Shown here piece after piece: positions 54,142 through 63,505 of a DNA stretch of 64,000 bases. The DNA comes from an uncultured Veillonellaceae bacterium (lineage in GTDB: Bacteria; Bacillota; Negativicutes; Selenomonadales; Selenomonadaceae). A program made the position numbers and the translations under genes. The notes beneath the pieces were generated by a model. That model searched no databases. It was not told where the DNA came from and saw nothing but the letters and a program-made list of their open reading frames with translations. The stretch lies in NCBI GenBank assembly GCA_902785705.1, contig CACZZN010000011.1:605-64604 (forward strand), read 5' to 3'. Each line of letters starts with the position of its first letter. Positions within the stretch are counted from its first letter, which is position 1.

Positions 54142-54392
54142 TGCTCGCGTTCAGAGAAATTTACTAAAACGAGACTATTTCCGGACGCTCGATATGCAGA
54201 ATCCGTAAATATTTACCTTCGCTTCACTTGGTAAATATCAACGGCTTCTAGTATAACACGTTTTAAATAGCTTGCTGTTTCACGCAGGATAAATTTTCAT
54301 GAACAAGGATGAGGAGCGCAGTCGTAGCAGAGCTACGTCAAGCGTTAGACAAGTCAAACAGCAAGTTATTTGGAATGGGTTATACTAGTATA
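54142..54392. repeat. Repeated intergenic element, copy B
   Basis: Collinear with copy A (24318-24599). Outer hairpin arms at 54248-54277 and 54359-54388. Lacks about 20 nt that form the 3' strand of copy A's inner stem. Confidence 0.8.
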
Positions 54393-54562
54393 GGACTTAA
54401 GAACTTGCTTCCATAAAGTTTTTCATCTGAGAATCAATATTCCCCTGTTTTTATTCTTCATCATCCGCTAAAATCCTGCACCCTTCTCTTGAATTTCCCC
54501 CATTCCCGTCCTTCTTTTTCAAAAAAGGCAGCCATTGCAAAATGCAATAGCTGCCAATTTGT

Positions 54563-55375
54563 TTACTGAAGCACATACACCGTAACGGGACGGCGTCCAA
54601 ACTGCATGGCCTCGCCGTAGCTTTCCATGCAGAGGTCGATCATATGGCCGTTGATAGCTCCGCCCGTGTCCGCCGCAATGGCATCGCCATAGCCCGGAAT
54701 ATACAGGCGCGTCCCAAGGGGAATCACCCGCGGGTCGACCGCCACGACACCGCGCTGTGCGCGCATGCCGGATGCCGTCACCCCGCTTCCGCCGCCATCC
54801 GTCGGCAGGTAAGCGCTGGCCTCCATGGTCATGGCATGCGTATAGCGCACTGCCCCTCTGGAGGTTTCGATGATCTGATTGCGGAGACGCTCCTCCTCCG
54901 CCTTTCTTGCGGCCGCAGCCGCCTTGACAGCTGCGCTGTCTTCGAGCTTTATATTGATATTTTCCTGAACTTTCGTATCCAACCCCGGAACGACCTGATA
55001 GTCGTTCACGTTATAGCCGAGGTCGCTCAGCGCCTCGCCTACCGTCGCTCTGCTTGTCAAAACCTGTTCTTTTGTGCCGTTGTACTCGATGACGGCCGGC
55101 ACAGCCCTTTGTACGATAATCTCTGTTCCATTTCCTGTTTTCTTCGCATAATACTCGTCTTTTTCGTTCAATTGAATCCCTGCACGGTCCAGGATGCCCT
55201 CAGGGTTCGTAGCTGTTGTGTGCGTTTCAATCGTCTGTCCATCCACAAGGATGCGTACGTTCTGAAGATTGTTCGGTGTAAAGCCGGTGGTCAGTGCCAT
55301 CATAGAACCAAGCATGAGGCAAAGCATCGCTTTCTTTTCCTTTCGGTTGAATAATCTCAGCTTCTTGAAACTCAT
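54563..55375 (-). CDS. YabE-like cell-wall protein (DUF348 plus 3D domain)
   Basis: 270 aa. N-terminal anchor, a DUF348-like repeat, and a C-terminal 3D domain (VAVDPRVIPLGTRLYIPGYG...ADTGGAI.G..IDL). metG-tatD-yabE order as in Bacillus. Confidence 0.75.
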   Translation of the reverse strand: MSFKKLRLFNRKEKKAMLCLMLGSMMALTTGFTPNNLQNVRILVDGQTIETHTTATNPEGILDRAGIQLNEKDEYYAKKTGNGTEIIVQRAVPAVIEYNGTKEQVLTSRATVGEALSDLGYNVNDYQVVPGLDTKVQENINIKLEDSAAVKAAAAARKAEEERLRNQIIETSRGAVRYTHAMTMEASAYLPTDGGGSGVTASGMRAQRGVVAVDPRVIPLGTRLYIPGYGDAIAADTGGAINGHMIDLCMESYGEAMQFGRRPVTVYVLQ

Positions 55376-55573
55376 TGAATACCCCCTTTGCTCCTAATTT
55401 GTCGATCCATTACTGATACAAAAGCACAGAACTTTAGGTTTCTGTGCTTTGCATGATGCTATTCTCCCACTTTTATCTGAAAACCACATGGAAAAATGGG
55501 AAAAATTAAGTGGCGAGCCGTTCTTTTTTGAACCTGCCCACCACTTTCACAAAAAACCAACAATTTATTCTTC

Positions 55574-56350
55574 TTATTTGATGCGATACAGTCGCATTGC
55601 ATTCTGGGTTGTTGCGGCAGCAATTTCCCCCAAGGGGACATTTCGGAGCTCTGCCACCTTTTCCGCCACGTGGACGACATAGGCCGGTTCGTTGCGCTTC
55701 CCGCGCTTCGGAACAGGCGCGAGATAGGGGGCATCCGTTTCCAGCAGAAGACGGTCCAGGGGTATCTTCTGCACGATTTCGGGCAGCTTCGCCGCGTTCT
55801 TGTAGGTCAGCGGCCCGTCCACGCCGAGATACCAGCCCATGCGCAGAACTTCCTGCGCCATTTCCCAGCTCCCGGAAAAACAGTGCAGCACGCCGGTCAT
55901 GCCCCGCGCTTCCTTTTTCAAGATAGCAAGTGTGTCCCCGTGCGCCTCACGGTCATGGATGCAGACGGGAAGATGCAGCTGCCGCGCAAGATCCAGCTGG
56001 CGGACGAACACGCGCTGCTGCAAAAGCCGCTTCTCCGCATCCTTTTCCCAGTAGTAGTCCAGACCGATCTCCCCGATGGCCACGACCTGCGGCTTTGCCG
56101 CCCATGCCGCAAGCCTTGCGTCATCCTCCGCCGTCATCTCACAGGCCTCTTCGGGATGGATGCCGACACCCGCGAACAGCCCCGCATATTCCTCCGCCAG
56201 CCTCACGACCGCCTCAGAAGACTGCATCGTATCCCCGAAATTGATGATGCGGGATACGCCCGCAGCCTTCGCGCGCGCCACCGCCTCCGCACGATCCTCA
56301 TCGAACTTCCCATCGTTCAGGTGGGTATGCGTATCGACAAACTCCATCAT
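55574..56350 (-). CDS. tatD: TatD-family metal-dependent hydrolase
   Basis: 258 aa. DTHTHL, IGEIGLDY, IHDREAH, LHCFSG and ETDAPY motifs. Confidence 0.92.
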   Translation of the reverse strand: MMEFVDTHTHLNDGKFDEDRAEAVARAKAAGVSRIINFGDTMQSSEAVVRLAEEYAGLFAGVGIHPEEACEMTAEDDARLAAWAAKPQVVAIGEIGLDYYWEKDAEKRLLQQRVFVRQLDLARQLHLPVCIHDREAHGDTLAILKKEARGMTGVLHCFSGSWEMAQEVLRMGWYLGVDGPLTYKNAAKLPEIVQKIPLDRLLLETDAPYLAPVPKRGKRNEPAYVVHVAEKVAELRNVPLGEIAAATTQNAMRLYRIK

Positions 56351-58290
56351 CGCACCGTTGCCCCGATGGGCATATCCACGGAAAGCACCTTCAGTTCATC
56401 GCCCGCGGATGCCGCCAAAACCATGCCATGGGACACGATGCCGCGGATTTTCGCAGGCTTCAGGTTGATGACCATGACCACATTCTTGCCGATCAGTTCT
56501 TCCGGCTCATAGTGCTTTGCGATGCCGGACACGATTTCCCGCTTCTCATTGCCCAAATCCACCGTCAGCTTCAAGAGCTTGTCCGTCTCCGGCACTTTTT
56601 CCGCCGCCAGGACTTTCACCACACGCAGGTGGATCTTGGAAAAATCCTCCATGCTGATCTCCGCTGCCGGTTCCTCCCGCTTCTCCGCCTTTTTCTGCTG
56701 CTTTCCCTGCTTTTGTGTCTGCTGCGGCTTTGCAGGCTGCGCCTCTTTCTCCACCTCAATGCGCGGGAAAAGCTGTTCGGGCGCACCGACCCGATGGCCG
56801 CCCGCGATGCCGCCCCATGTCTCGATATCCGAGAGCTGCACCTCGTCAAAGGGCTGCGGCAGCGCCAGCTGCTCCCAGATGCGTTTTGCCGTGAAGGGCA
56901 TATAGGGCGAGATGAGCACGCTGATGAAGCGCAGGGATTCCGCAAGATGGTACATGGTATTTGCCAGCACCTGCTTCTTCTCAGGATCCTTCGCAAGCGC
57001 CCAAGGCGCCGTTTCGTCGATGTACTTGTTCGCGCGGCTGACGAACGCCCATACCTTCTTGATGCTCTCGCTGAGCTTCATCTGCTCCATGCCCTCACGG
57101 AACGCCCTCACGGTCGCCATCGCGTCCGCCTTGAGGGACGCGTCGATCTCGCTCTCACCCTCCGGGGCCAGCACGATGCCGTCCTGGAATTTCCCGATCA
57201 TGTTGAGGGTTCGGTGCAGAAGATTCCCAAGGTCATTCGCCAGATCCGCATTGATGCGCGTGATCAGCGCATCACGGGAGAAATTGCCGTCCTGCCCCAG
57301 ATTGATTTCCCTCAGCAGGAAATAGCGGATCGCATCTGCGCTGAACTCGTCGATGAGCAGCAGGGGGTCCACCACATTCCCCTTGGACTTCGACATCTTG
57401 TCGCCGTCTACCACGAGCCAGCCGTGCCCGTAGACCATCTTCGGCAGCGGCAGATCGAGGGCCATGAGGATGCAGGGCCAGATGATCGAGTGGAACCGCA
57501 CGATCTCCTTGCCCACCAGATGCAGATCCGCGGGCCAGTATTTCCCGAACTTTTCCGCGTCATCCAAAAAGCCGATGGGCGTCAGGTAATTCGTCAGCGC
57601 ATCGAACCATACATAAATCACATGCTTCTCATCCATCGGCACGGGAATCCCCCAGTCGAAGGACGTGCGGGAGATGCAGAGATCCTCCAGCCCCTGTTTG
57701 ATGAAATTGATCATCTCATTGCGGCGGGAGACCGGCTGGATGAACTCCGGGTTTTCCTCAATGTATTGCAACACGCGGTCCGCATATTTCGACATTTTGA
57801 AGAAATATGCCTCCTCCGACACCTGTTCCACCGGACGGTGGCAGTCCGGGCAGCAGCCGTTCTCGTCCAGCTGATGCTCCGTCCAGTAGCTCTCGCATGG
57901 CGTGCAGTAAAGCCCCGTGTAGGAGCCTTTGTAAATATCCCCCTTCTCGTAAATACGGCGGAAGATCTCCTGCACCACCCGATGATGGCGCGCCTCGCTC
58001 GTGCGGATGAAATCATCGTTGGAAATGCCGAGCCTCACCCAGAGCTTCTGGAACTCCGCCACAATCCCGTCCACGTACTCCAGCGGCGATACTCCCTGCT
58101 CCTCCGCCGTGCGCTGGATTTTCTGCCCATGCTCGTCCGAGCCTGTCAGGAAAAACACATCGTAGCCCGCCAGCCGCTTGAACCGCGCAATCGCATCCGC
58201 AATCGTCGTACAGTACGCGTGCCCGATGTGCAGCTTCGCGCTCGGATAATAAATCGGCGTCGTAATATAAAAGGGCTTCTTCTCACTCAC
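56347..58290 (-). CDS. metG: Methionine--tRNA ligase with C-terminal tRNA-binding domain
   Basis: Start GTG 58290 after GGGAGGA. HIGH (AKLHIGHAY), KMSKS, a zinc knuckle (CTPCESYW...CPDC) and a C-terminal EMAP-like domain. Confidence 0.92.
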   Translation of the reverse strand: MSEKKPFYITTPIYYPSAKLHIGHAYCTTIADAIARFKRLAGYDVFFLTGSDEHGQKIQRTAEEQGVSPLEYVDGIVAEFQKLWVRLGISNDDFIRTSEARHHRVVQEIFRRIYEKGDIYKGSYTGLYCTPCESYWTEHQLDENGCCPDCHRPVEQVSEEAYFFKMSKYADRVLQYIEENPEFIQPVSRRNEMINFIKQGLEDLCISRTSFDWGIPVPMDEKHVIYVWFDALTNYLTPIGFLDDAEKFGKYWPADLHLVGKEIVRFHSIIWPCILMALDLPLPKMVYGHGWLVVDGDKMSKSKGNVVDPLLLIDEFSADAIRYFLLREINLGQDGNFSRDALITRINADLANDLGNLLHRTLNMIGKFQDGIVLAPEGESEIDASLKADAMATVRAFREGMEQMKLSESIKKVWAFVSRANKYIDETAPWALAKDPEKKQVLANTMYHLAESLRFISVLISPYMPFTAKRIWEQLALPQPFDEVQLSDIETWGGIAGGHRVGAPEQLFPRIEVEKEAQPAKPQQTQKQGKQQKKAEKREEPAAEISMEDFSKIHLRVVKVLAAEKVPETDKLLKLTVDLGNEKREIVSGIAKHYEPEELIGKNVVMVINLKPAKIRGIVSHGMVLAASAGDELKVLSVDMPIGATVR

Positions 58291-58594
58291 AAAAATTCCT
58301 CCCATCGCATGCAGTACCGATGCACACGCTCCGTTTTGCTTATCATCACAGAAAAATCCGCTACCATTTTATCAAAAAAAAGCTGTTTCTTCAACCTGGC
58401 AAAGTATATTGTTTTTATAAGATAGACAAATGTTTGTTCTGCATCAACATTTCTCTTCCATTTCTCCAAATTCATGATATAATATTTGTAAGAGAGTTGT
58501 ACATAGAGGAACACAGAATGGATACTAACGAATTTCAGGAATTGGTGCTGAAGGGACTCAAGTCCAATAGTGCGTATCCAAAGGAGTGAGTGAA

Positions 58595-58825
58595 ATGGCA
58601 GGGGGAACGCGCATGCAGGAGCATGTGAATTGGGCAGAGAAGTATGTCGAGAGACTTGCCATTGACATGGACAGCATCAAGCAGGACATGAGAGAGTTGC
58701 GCGGCATGGAGGCACGTCTGGCAGAACGAATCGAAGCGAACAATAAGCAGGTACAGAACCTTGTCCTTGCTACGATCATCGGCATTGGGGCAATGACGAT
58801 AGCCATAGCGATAGCACTGAGATAG
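58595..58825 (+). CDS. Small coiled-coil protein with C-terminal TM helix (XhlA-like architecture)
   Basis: 76 aa from ATG 58595 after AAGGAG. Heptad-rich middle and a C-terminal LVLATIIGIGAMTIAIAIAL. Family assignment is tentative. Confidence 0.45.
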   Translation: MAGGTRMQEHVNWAEKYVERLAIDMDSIKQDMRELRGMEARLAERIEANNKQVQNLVLATIIGIGAMTIAIAIALR

Positions 58826-58835
58826 GAGAGTGCAG

Positions 58836-58872
58836 AAAAAAACAAGCCGTCCGTGATGGGCGGCTTGTTTGC
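58836..58872. terminator. Bidirectional terminator between the small gene and flagellin
   Basis: AACAAGCCG/CGGCTTGTT stem with an A-run on the left and TTTG on the right. Confidence 0.7.
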
Positions 58873-58900
58873 GTTGTGTTTCGCTGTAGGATTCTATCCC

Positions 58901-60874
58901 TCACTGCAAAAGCGTCATGACATCCATGCTGTTCTGGTTGGCCTGAGAGAGCATGGATTGGGATGCCGAGAGGAGGACGTTGTTCTTGGTGTACTCGGTC
59001 ATTTCTTTTGCCATGTCTGCGTCGCGGATGGTGGATTCGGATGCCTGCACGTTGTCGCTGGCGACGCGCAAATTCGCCGCCGTGTATTCCAGACGATTGC
59101 TGATGTTGCCGATGGTTACCTGCTGGTTGAGCGCTTTTTGGATAGCATTGTCCAGCACATTGATCGCCGCATTCGCCTTGCTCTGGGTGGAGATATCGAG
59201 TTTCGTGCCATCCGACCCCTTGAGTCCCAAAGCCTCGGCACGCATATCCGACAGGCCGATCTTGATGGCGACTCCCGGATCCGCACCCACATGGAGCACC
59301 AATGCATTGTCCTCCGACTCATCCTCCGCGCGGATGCTTTCACTGAATGCATCCAGATAGGCATTCACGGATTTCTTGACATTTCCATCCTTGTCCGAAA
59401 CACTGATGGAGAAGCCGGAAATCTGGTTCGTGACTCCCGATTTCATGGCTGTGATGGTCAGCGCCTTTTGTCCATCCACCGTCGTAAGCAGGAAACCCGA
59501 TTTCTCCAAACCGATATTCGAACTGGAAACAATCGCGGGACCCGCCAGACTGTCCACATAGGCCTTAGCACTATTATAAACGCTTGTCGCACTGGAAGCA
59601 TAATCTGCATACGAACCAGTATTGTACGTTGGTGCCGTATACTCTGAGGACACCTCAGTGGGAACTGATGAACCATTGGGAGGTTGCGTTGTATCCATCG
59701 CACTTAAATCGTGGTTATTTTGCCAAGTTACAGAGTTGTTATATGCTGCTACATAGCTGTTATAAGTAGTATAAAGTTGTGCAAGACCGGCTTTTTCGCC
59801 ATCACTGACCGAAGGCGGAAGCGATTGACCATTTGCAGCTCGCGTGGCATAACTGAAAACTGTAGCGAAATCACCAGAACCCGTTGTCGGCAACCCTGAG
59901 GGATTTAAATCCCCCGTCAACCACGCTTGAAATTCAGTATTCGCATCTGAATACAGATATGAAATCGCTCCACCACTATAATTACTCACCAATGTCGACA
60001 TCGCGCCAATCAATCCATCTAAAGCCGCATTCGCCGCACTGGTCACGGAATTATATCCCGTTAACCATGTCGCTGCAGTCTCTTTCGCAGTCCTCGTATC
60101 CTCCAAATAGGATCTCGCTGCGGCAACCTTCGCCTGTAACGTGGCAATATTGGTTTCTCCGTTGGCTTTCGCTACACTTTCATTGTACCGATCTGCAAAG
60201 ACGTAGCTATCCCCATCAATATCCTCCGCCTTTTGGAGAATCGTCGCAAGCGAAGAAGACCCCGTCACATCAAAGGTCGTCGCATAGGTTTTTCCGCCTT
60301 GTACATAGGACACGGTAACCTTATCCGTGGTCAGGATGCCAAGATCACTGCCCGTACGGCTCTTCAAGGATGTCAGCAGTGTCGCTGCCGATGTGTCCGT
60401 GGAAAGGCTCTGGTTGGTCAGCGCTGTATAGGTGGCGTTGCCAATCGTATTCTTCGTGCCATCCACAAGGTATTTTCCGTTGAAGGTCACATTCGCATTG
60501 TCATCGATCTGATCAATGGACTGGTTCAGTTCCTTCTGGATGGTCTGGCGATCCGCATCTGTATTGGAATCATTCGCAGCATTGACAGCCTTCTCTTTCA
60601 GCGTCTTCAGAATATCCACGGTGGACTGCACCGCACCCTCCGCGACCTTGAGCATACTCCGCCCGTTCTGCGTGTTCTGATCCGCCTGGTCAAGCCCCCG
60701 TACCCGCACCCGCATGCGCTCGGAAATCGCCCATGCGGAGTTGTCATCCGCTGCACTGTTGATTTTCACGCCTGTCGAGACTTTTTGCAGGCTTTTCGAC
60801 ACCGCAGTCGAATTCCGGTTCAATGTTCCCAGCCCGTACACCGCGGGAATATTGTTTTTCACCACCATTGACAT
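58901..60874 (-). CDS. fliC: Flagellin with large central variable domain
   Basis: 657 aa. Conserved N-terminus (SLQKVSTGVKINSAADDNSAWAISERM...QNGRSMLKVAEGA) and C-terminus (RLEYTAANL...DADMAKEMTEYTKNNVL). Ser/Thr/Asn-rich middle. Confidence 0.92.
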   Translation of the reverse strand: MSMVVKNNIPAVYGLGTLNRNSTAVSKSLQKVSTGVKINSAADDNSAWAISERMRVRVRGLDQADQNTQNGRSMLKVAEGAVQSTVDILKTLKEKAVNAANDSNTDADRQTIQKELNQSIDQIDDNANVTFNGKYLVDGTKNTIGNATYTALTNQSLSTDTSAATLLTSLKSRTGSDLGILTTDKVTVSYVQGGKTYATTFDVTGSSSLATILQKAEDIDGDSYVFADRYNESVAKANGETNIATLQAKVAAARSYLEDTRTAKETAATWLTGYNSVTSAANAALDGLIGAMSTLVSNYSGGAISYLYSDANTEFQAWLTGDLNPSGLPTTGSGDFATVFSYATRAANGQSLPPSVSDGEKAGLAQLYTTYNSYVAAYNNSVTWQNNHDLSAMDTTQPPNGSSVPTEVSSEYTAPTYNTGSYADYASSATSVYNSAKAYVDSLAGPAIVSSSNIGLEKSGFLLTTVDGQKALTITAMKSGVTNQISGFSISVSDKDGNVKKSVNAYLDAFSESIRAEDESEDNALVLHVGADPGVAIKIGLSDMRAEALGLKGSDGTKLDISTQSKANAAINVLDNAIQKALNQQVTIGNISNRLEYTAANLRVASDNVQASESTIRDADMAKEMTEYTKNNVLLSASQSMLSQANQNSMDVMTLLQ

Positions 60875-61056
60875 ATCGACTCATCCTCTCCCTGGTAATA
60901 GAGACTCCAAAAAGCGCCCTACCGGCAATCCTTCAAAGCCCCCTGCTAACTCCCTGCATCATGGCATCTTCACGCATCCGCCTTCCGGGACGCATCCTGC
61001 GCCCCCTTGGCCGCCCTCCATGGCGCACGTATTCCTTGACACCACGTTCTAATCTG

Positions 61057-61085
61057 TATATCGAAAGAAAAGGGGATTTCCTTAA
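61057..61085 (-). promoter_or_regulatory. Sigma-28 (FliA/SigD)-type promoter TAAG-N15-TCGATATA for flagellin
   Basis: - strand CTTAAGGAAATCCCCTTTTCTTTCGATATA, compared with the consensus TAAA-N15-GCCGATAA. Leaves a ~180-nt leader. Confidence 0.6.
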
Positions 61086-61171
61086 GCGATTTTCAAAAAA
61101 TTCATGCCCCCTAAAAACCAACGCATCTCATCGGCGCTTCCCCGCATCCCTCCGTTTGGATTCCCCTGCAT

Positions 61172-61771
61172 TCACAATCCTTCCAGCAGTCGGCACAAGG
61201 CATCTCCATCCTGCACGAAATAGTCCGCCATGGAAATCGCCGCATCCACGGGCGGATGCACTCCGCCATAGGCAATCGACACATCCGCCTCCCTGAACAT
61301 GGGAATGTCATTGAAGCCCTCGCCGATGGCAATGACAAAAAAACCCTGCCGTTTCATTTCGCGAACCGTCTCGCCCTTGTCCAGTACCCGATCCAGCTGC
61401 AGGAGCCCTCCGTCATCCCATCGGCTTGTCGAAGCATACCATTGGCAGCCCAGCCGTTCCGTCAAGGGCTGCACCCACGCATCCAGATTTCCCGTCACAA
61501 TGGCACATTCTTCCGCACGCTCCCGGATAAATGCCTCAATCCGCGCATCAATACGTACCTCCGCCATAATCCGCCGGATATCCTGCAATGGGATCTTTCT
61601 CAGAATATGAACACGCATCCGCAGAGACTTGTCAAAGGCAACCCGCCCCTCCATCGCAAGCCGCGTCAGCAGCCCCATTTCCTCCATCAGCCCCAGTTCC
61701 CGCGCCAAAAGCGGCAATGTCTCCTCCAGCGTGACCGTTCCATCCAGATCAAAGGCAAACATCTTCTGCAT
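61172..61771 (-). CDS. HAD-IB family hydrolase (phosphoserine-phosphatase-like)
   Basis: Start ATG 61771 after AAGGA. FAFDLDGTVT motif I and GEGFNDIPM motif IV. Confidence 0.75.
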   Translation of the reverse strand: MQKMFAFDLDGTVTLEETLPLLARELGLMEEMGLLTRLAMEGRVAFDKSLRMRVHILRKIPLQDIRRIMAEVRIDARIEAFIRERAEECAIVTGNLDAWVQPLTERLGCQWYASTSRWDDGGLLQLDRVLDKGETVREMKRQGFFVIAIGEGFNDIPMFREADVSIAYGGVHPPVDAAISMADYFVQDGDALCRLLEGL

Positions 61772-61797
61772 CTGCTCATCCTTCCATGCCTTACGCT

Positions 61798-63366
61798 CTA
61801 CCGCTCGACGAAACACACACGTTCATAAAGCTGCTCCATTTCCCTTGCATACAGCGCTCCGTCCATCAGCGGCGACTGCTCCATCCGTGCGCGGAGCGTC
61901 CGATGCAGTGCATCGAGCAGTTCCCAATCCTTCGCAAGCATAACAGCCGTTTCTGCATAGGCCTCTGTCGTGGGAACGGCCAACTCCCCCAATCCGATAT
62001 TCTGCAAAAGACTGTAGCCGAATCGTGTGCCATGCCTCCTGCCATAAAGGGACACTAAAGGAACCCCCATATAAAGTGCCTCGATACTGGTCATGCCTCC
62101 CACATAGGGGTAAGTATCCAGTGCAATGTCAATTTCCCTATACTCCTGCAAATACTCTGCAGAGAACCCACGCAGCTCCACCCGATCGATGGAAAATCCC
62201 AACCGTTCCAGTTTTTCAATGGCAAACTCGCGTCCTTCCTCACTGTCGAAGAGCTGATGCTTCAAAATCAACCGGCTGTCAGGAACGGTCTGCAAAATGC
62301 AGTTCCAGAGAGAAAGCATTTCATCCGTCACTTTGCCGAAATGATTGAAACAGCCAAACGTGATCCGCCCCTGCCTGACGCATGGCGCGGACTCATTCGG
62401 CTTTGGCATGGGCTTCAGCGGCGCATAGCAAAAATGGCTGTGGGGCAGGCAGAGCGGCTGCTCCGTGAAATACGCCTCCATCGCCTCCGCATCCTCCGCG
62501 CAATAGCGGTCTGTCAAGAAATAATCCACCATGGGCAGTCCGGTGCTGTTCACATCACCAATGCCTGAAATCTGCACACCGGCAGGCCGATAGGCGAGCA
62601 CCGAAAGACGGGTATCACTCGTATGCACGGACAAATCGAACAGGATATCGATCTCATCCTGCCGGATCTGCTCCGCTGCCTCCGCATCCGAAGTCTCAGC
62701 GATACAGCGCCAAACATCCGCTTCCGCCCGAAGCATCTCCGTCACCCTGTCTTCTTTGGCGTTGGCCGCATAGCAATAAATCTCAAACTTCCTCTTGTCA
62801 TGATGTTTCAGCAGCGGATAAAGCAGACTGGCCACCGGGTGACTTCGGAAGTCAGGAGAGATATAGCCGACGCGCAGCCGCTGATGCCGATACCCCACAG
62901 ATTCATAGGGAGTGACATGCTGAAACTGTCTTTGATAGAAATCATACAGATAGCGGAAGTCCGCAGCTCGATAGTCCCAAATGCCGCTTGCGGAAAACAA
63001 GGCGTTGCAGCACTCGGTTCTCGCATTCTCCGGATTCCGTTCCAGATCTGCCGACCGCAGAAATGCTTCCACCGCCTCCCGCTGCTTTCCTATCGTCCGA
63101 TATGCCGCCCCCAAAAGGCTCCATGCCGTCGCGGCCTGAGCCCGCTCATCCTCCTGCGAAAGCTCCAACTGCCCCAGACACTCCCTCAGCACAGCGATCT
63201 CCGACAAAGGCCGTTTCGTCTCCCGATAAACATACGCCTCCAGCAGCAGCATCCGAGGCCACTTCCGCACAGCAGCCTTCAAATCCGTCAAAATCCGGAG
63301 CGTTTCCTCGTATTTCCCTGCCCTGTAACATGTCAGCGCATGCTGATAAACATTTGCAATATCCAT
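61798..63366 (-). CDS. TPR plus GT41 (SPINDLY-like) glycosyltransferase, flagellin-linked paralog
   Basis: Blocks RVGYISPDF, IRQDEIDILFDLSVHT, SGIGDVNSTGL and DTYPYVGG are shared with 26199-27671. Start uncertain: MDIANVYQ at 63366 is preferred, and the ORF is open up to 63621. Confidence 0.6.
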   Translation of the reverse strand: MDIANVYQHALTCYRAGKYEETLRILTDLKAAVRKWPRMLLLEAYVYRETKRPLSEIAVLRECLGQLELSQEDERAQAATAWSLLGAAYRTIGKQREAVEAFLRSADLERNPENARTECCNALFSASGIWDYRAADFRYLYDFYQRQFQHVTPYESVGYRHQRLRVGYISPDFRSHPVASLLYPLLKHHDKRKFEIYCYAANAKEDRVTEMLRAEADVWRCIAETSDAEAAEQIRQDEIDILFDLSVHTSDTRLSVLAYRPAGVQISGIGDVNSTGLPMVDYFLTDRYCAEDAEAMEAYFTEQPLCLPHSHFCYAPLKPMPKPNESAPCVRQGRITFGCFNHFGKVTDEMLSLWNCILQTVPDSRLILKHQLFDSEEGREFAIEKLERLGFSIDRVELRGFSAEYLQEYREIDIALDTYPYVGGMTSIEALYMGVPLVSLYGRRHGTRFGYSLLQNIGLGELAVPTTEAYAETAVMLAKDWELLDALHRTLRARMEQSPLMDGALYAREMEQLYERVCFVER

Positions 63367-63505
63367 TTCTGCTACGACCCCATTCTGACAAAATAATGCA
63401 ACGCGAATCTTTCCGGATCCTAAAAACTCAGAGACAATACTTGCAGGATTTCTTGGAACGTGCAACGAATTAGAAAACATAGAGTTTAGCAAAGGAGTGT
63501 ATGTC

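Noticed and set aside
58291-58520. Looked for a T-box leader upstream of metG
   Set aside because: I found no specifier-loop or T-box consensus (GGGUGGNACCGCG) and no terminator/antiterminator pair. The region is A/T-rich promoter DNA shared with the divergent small gene.
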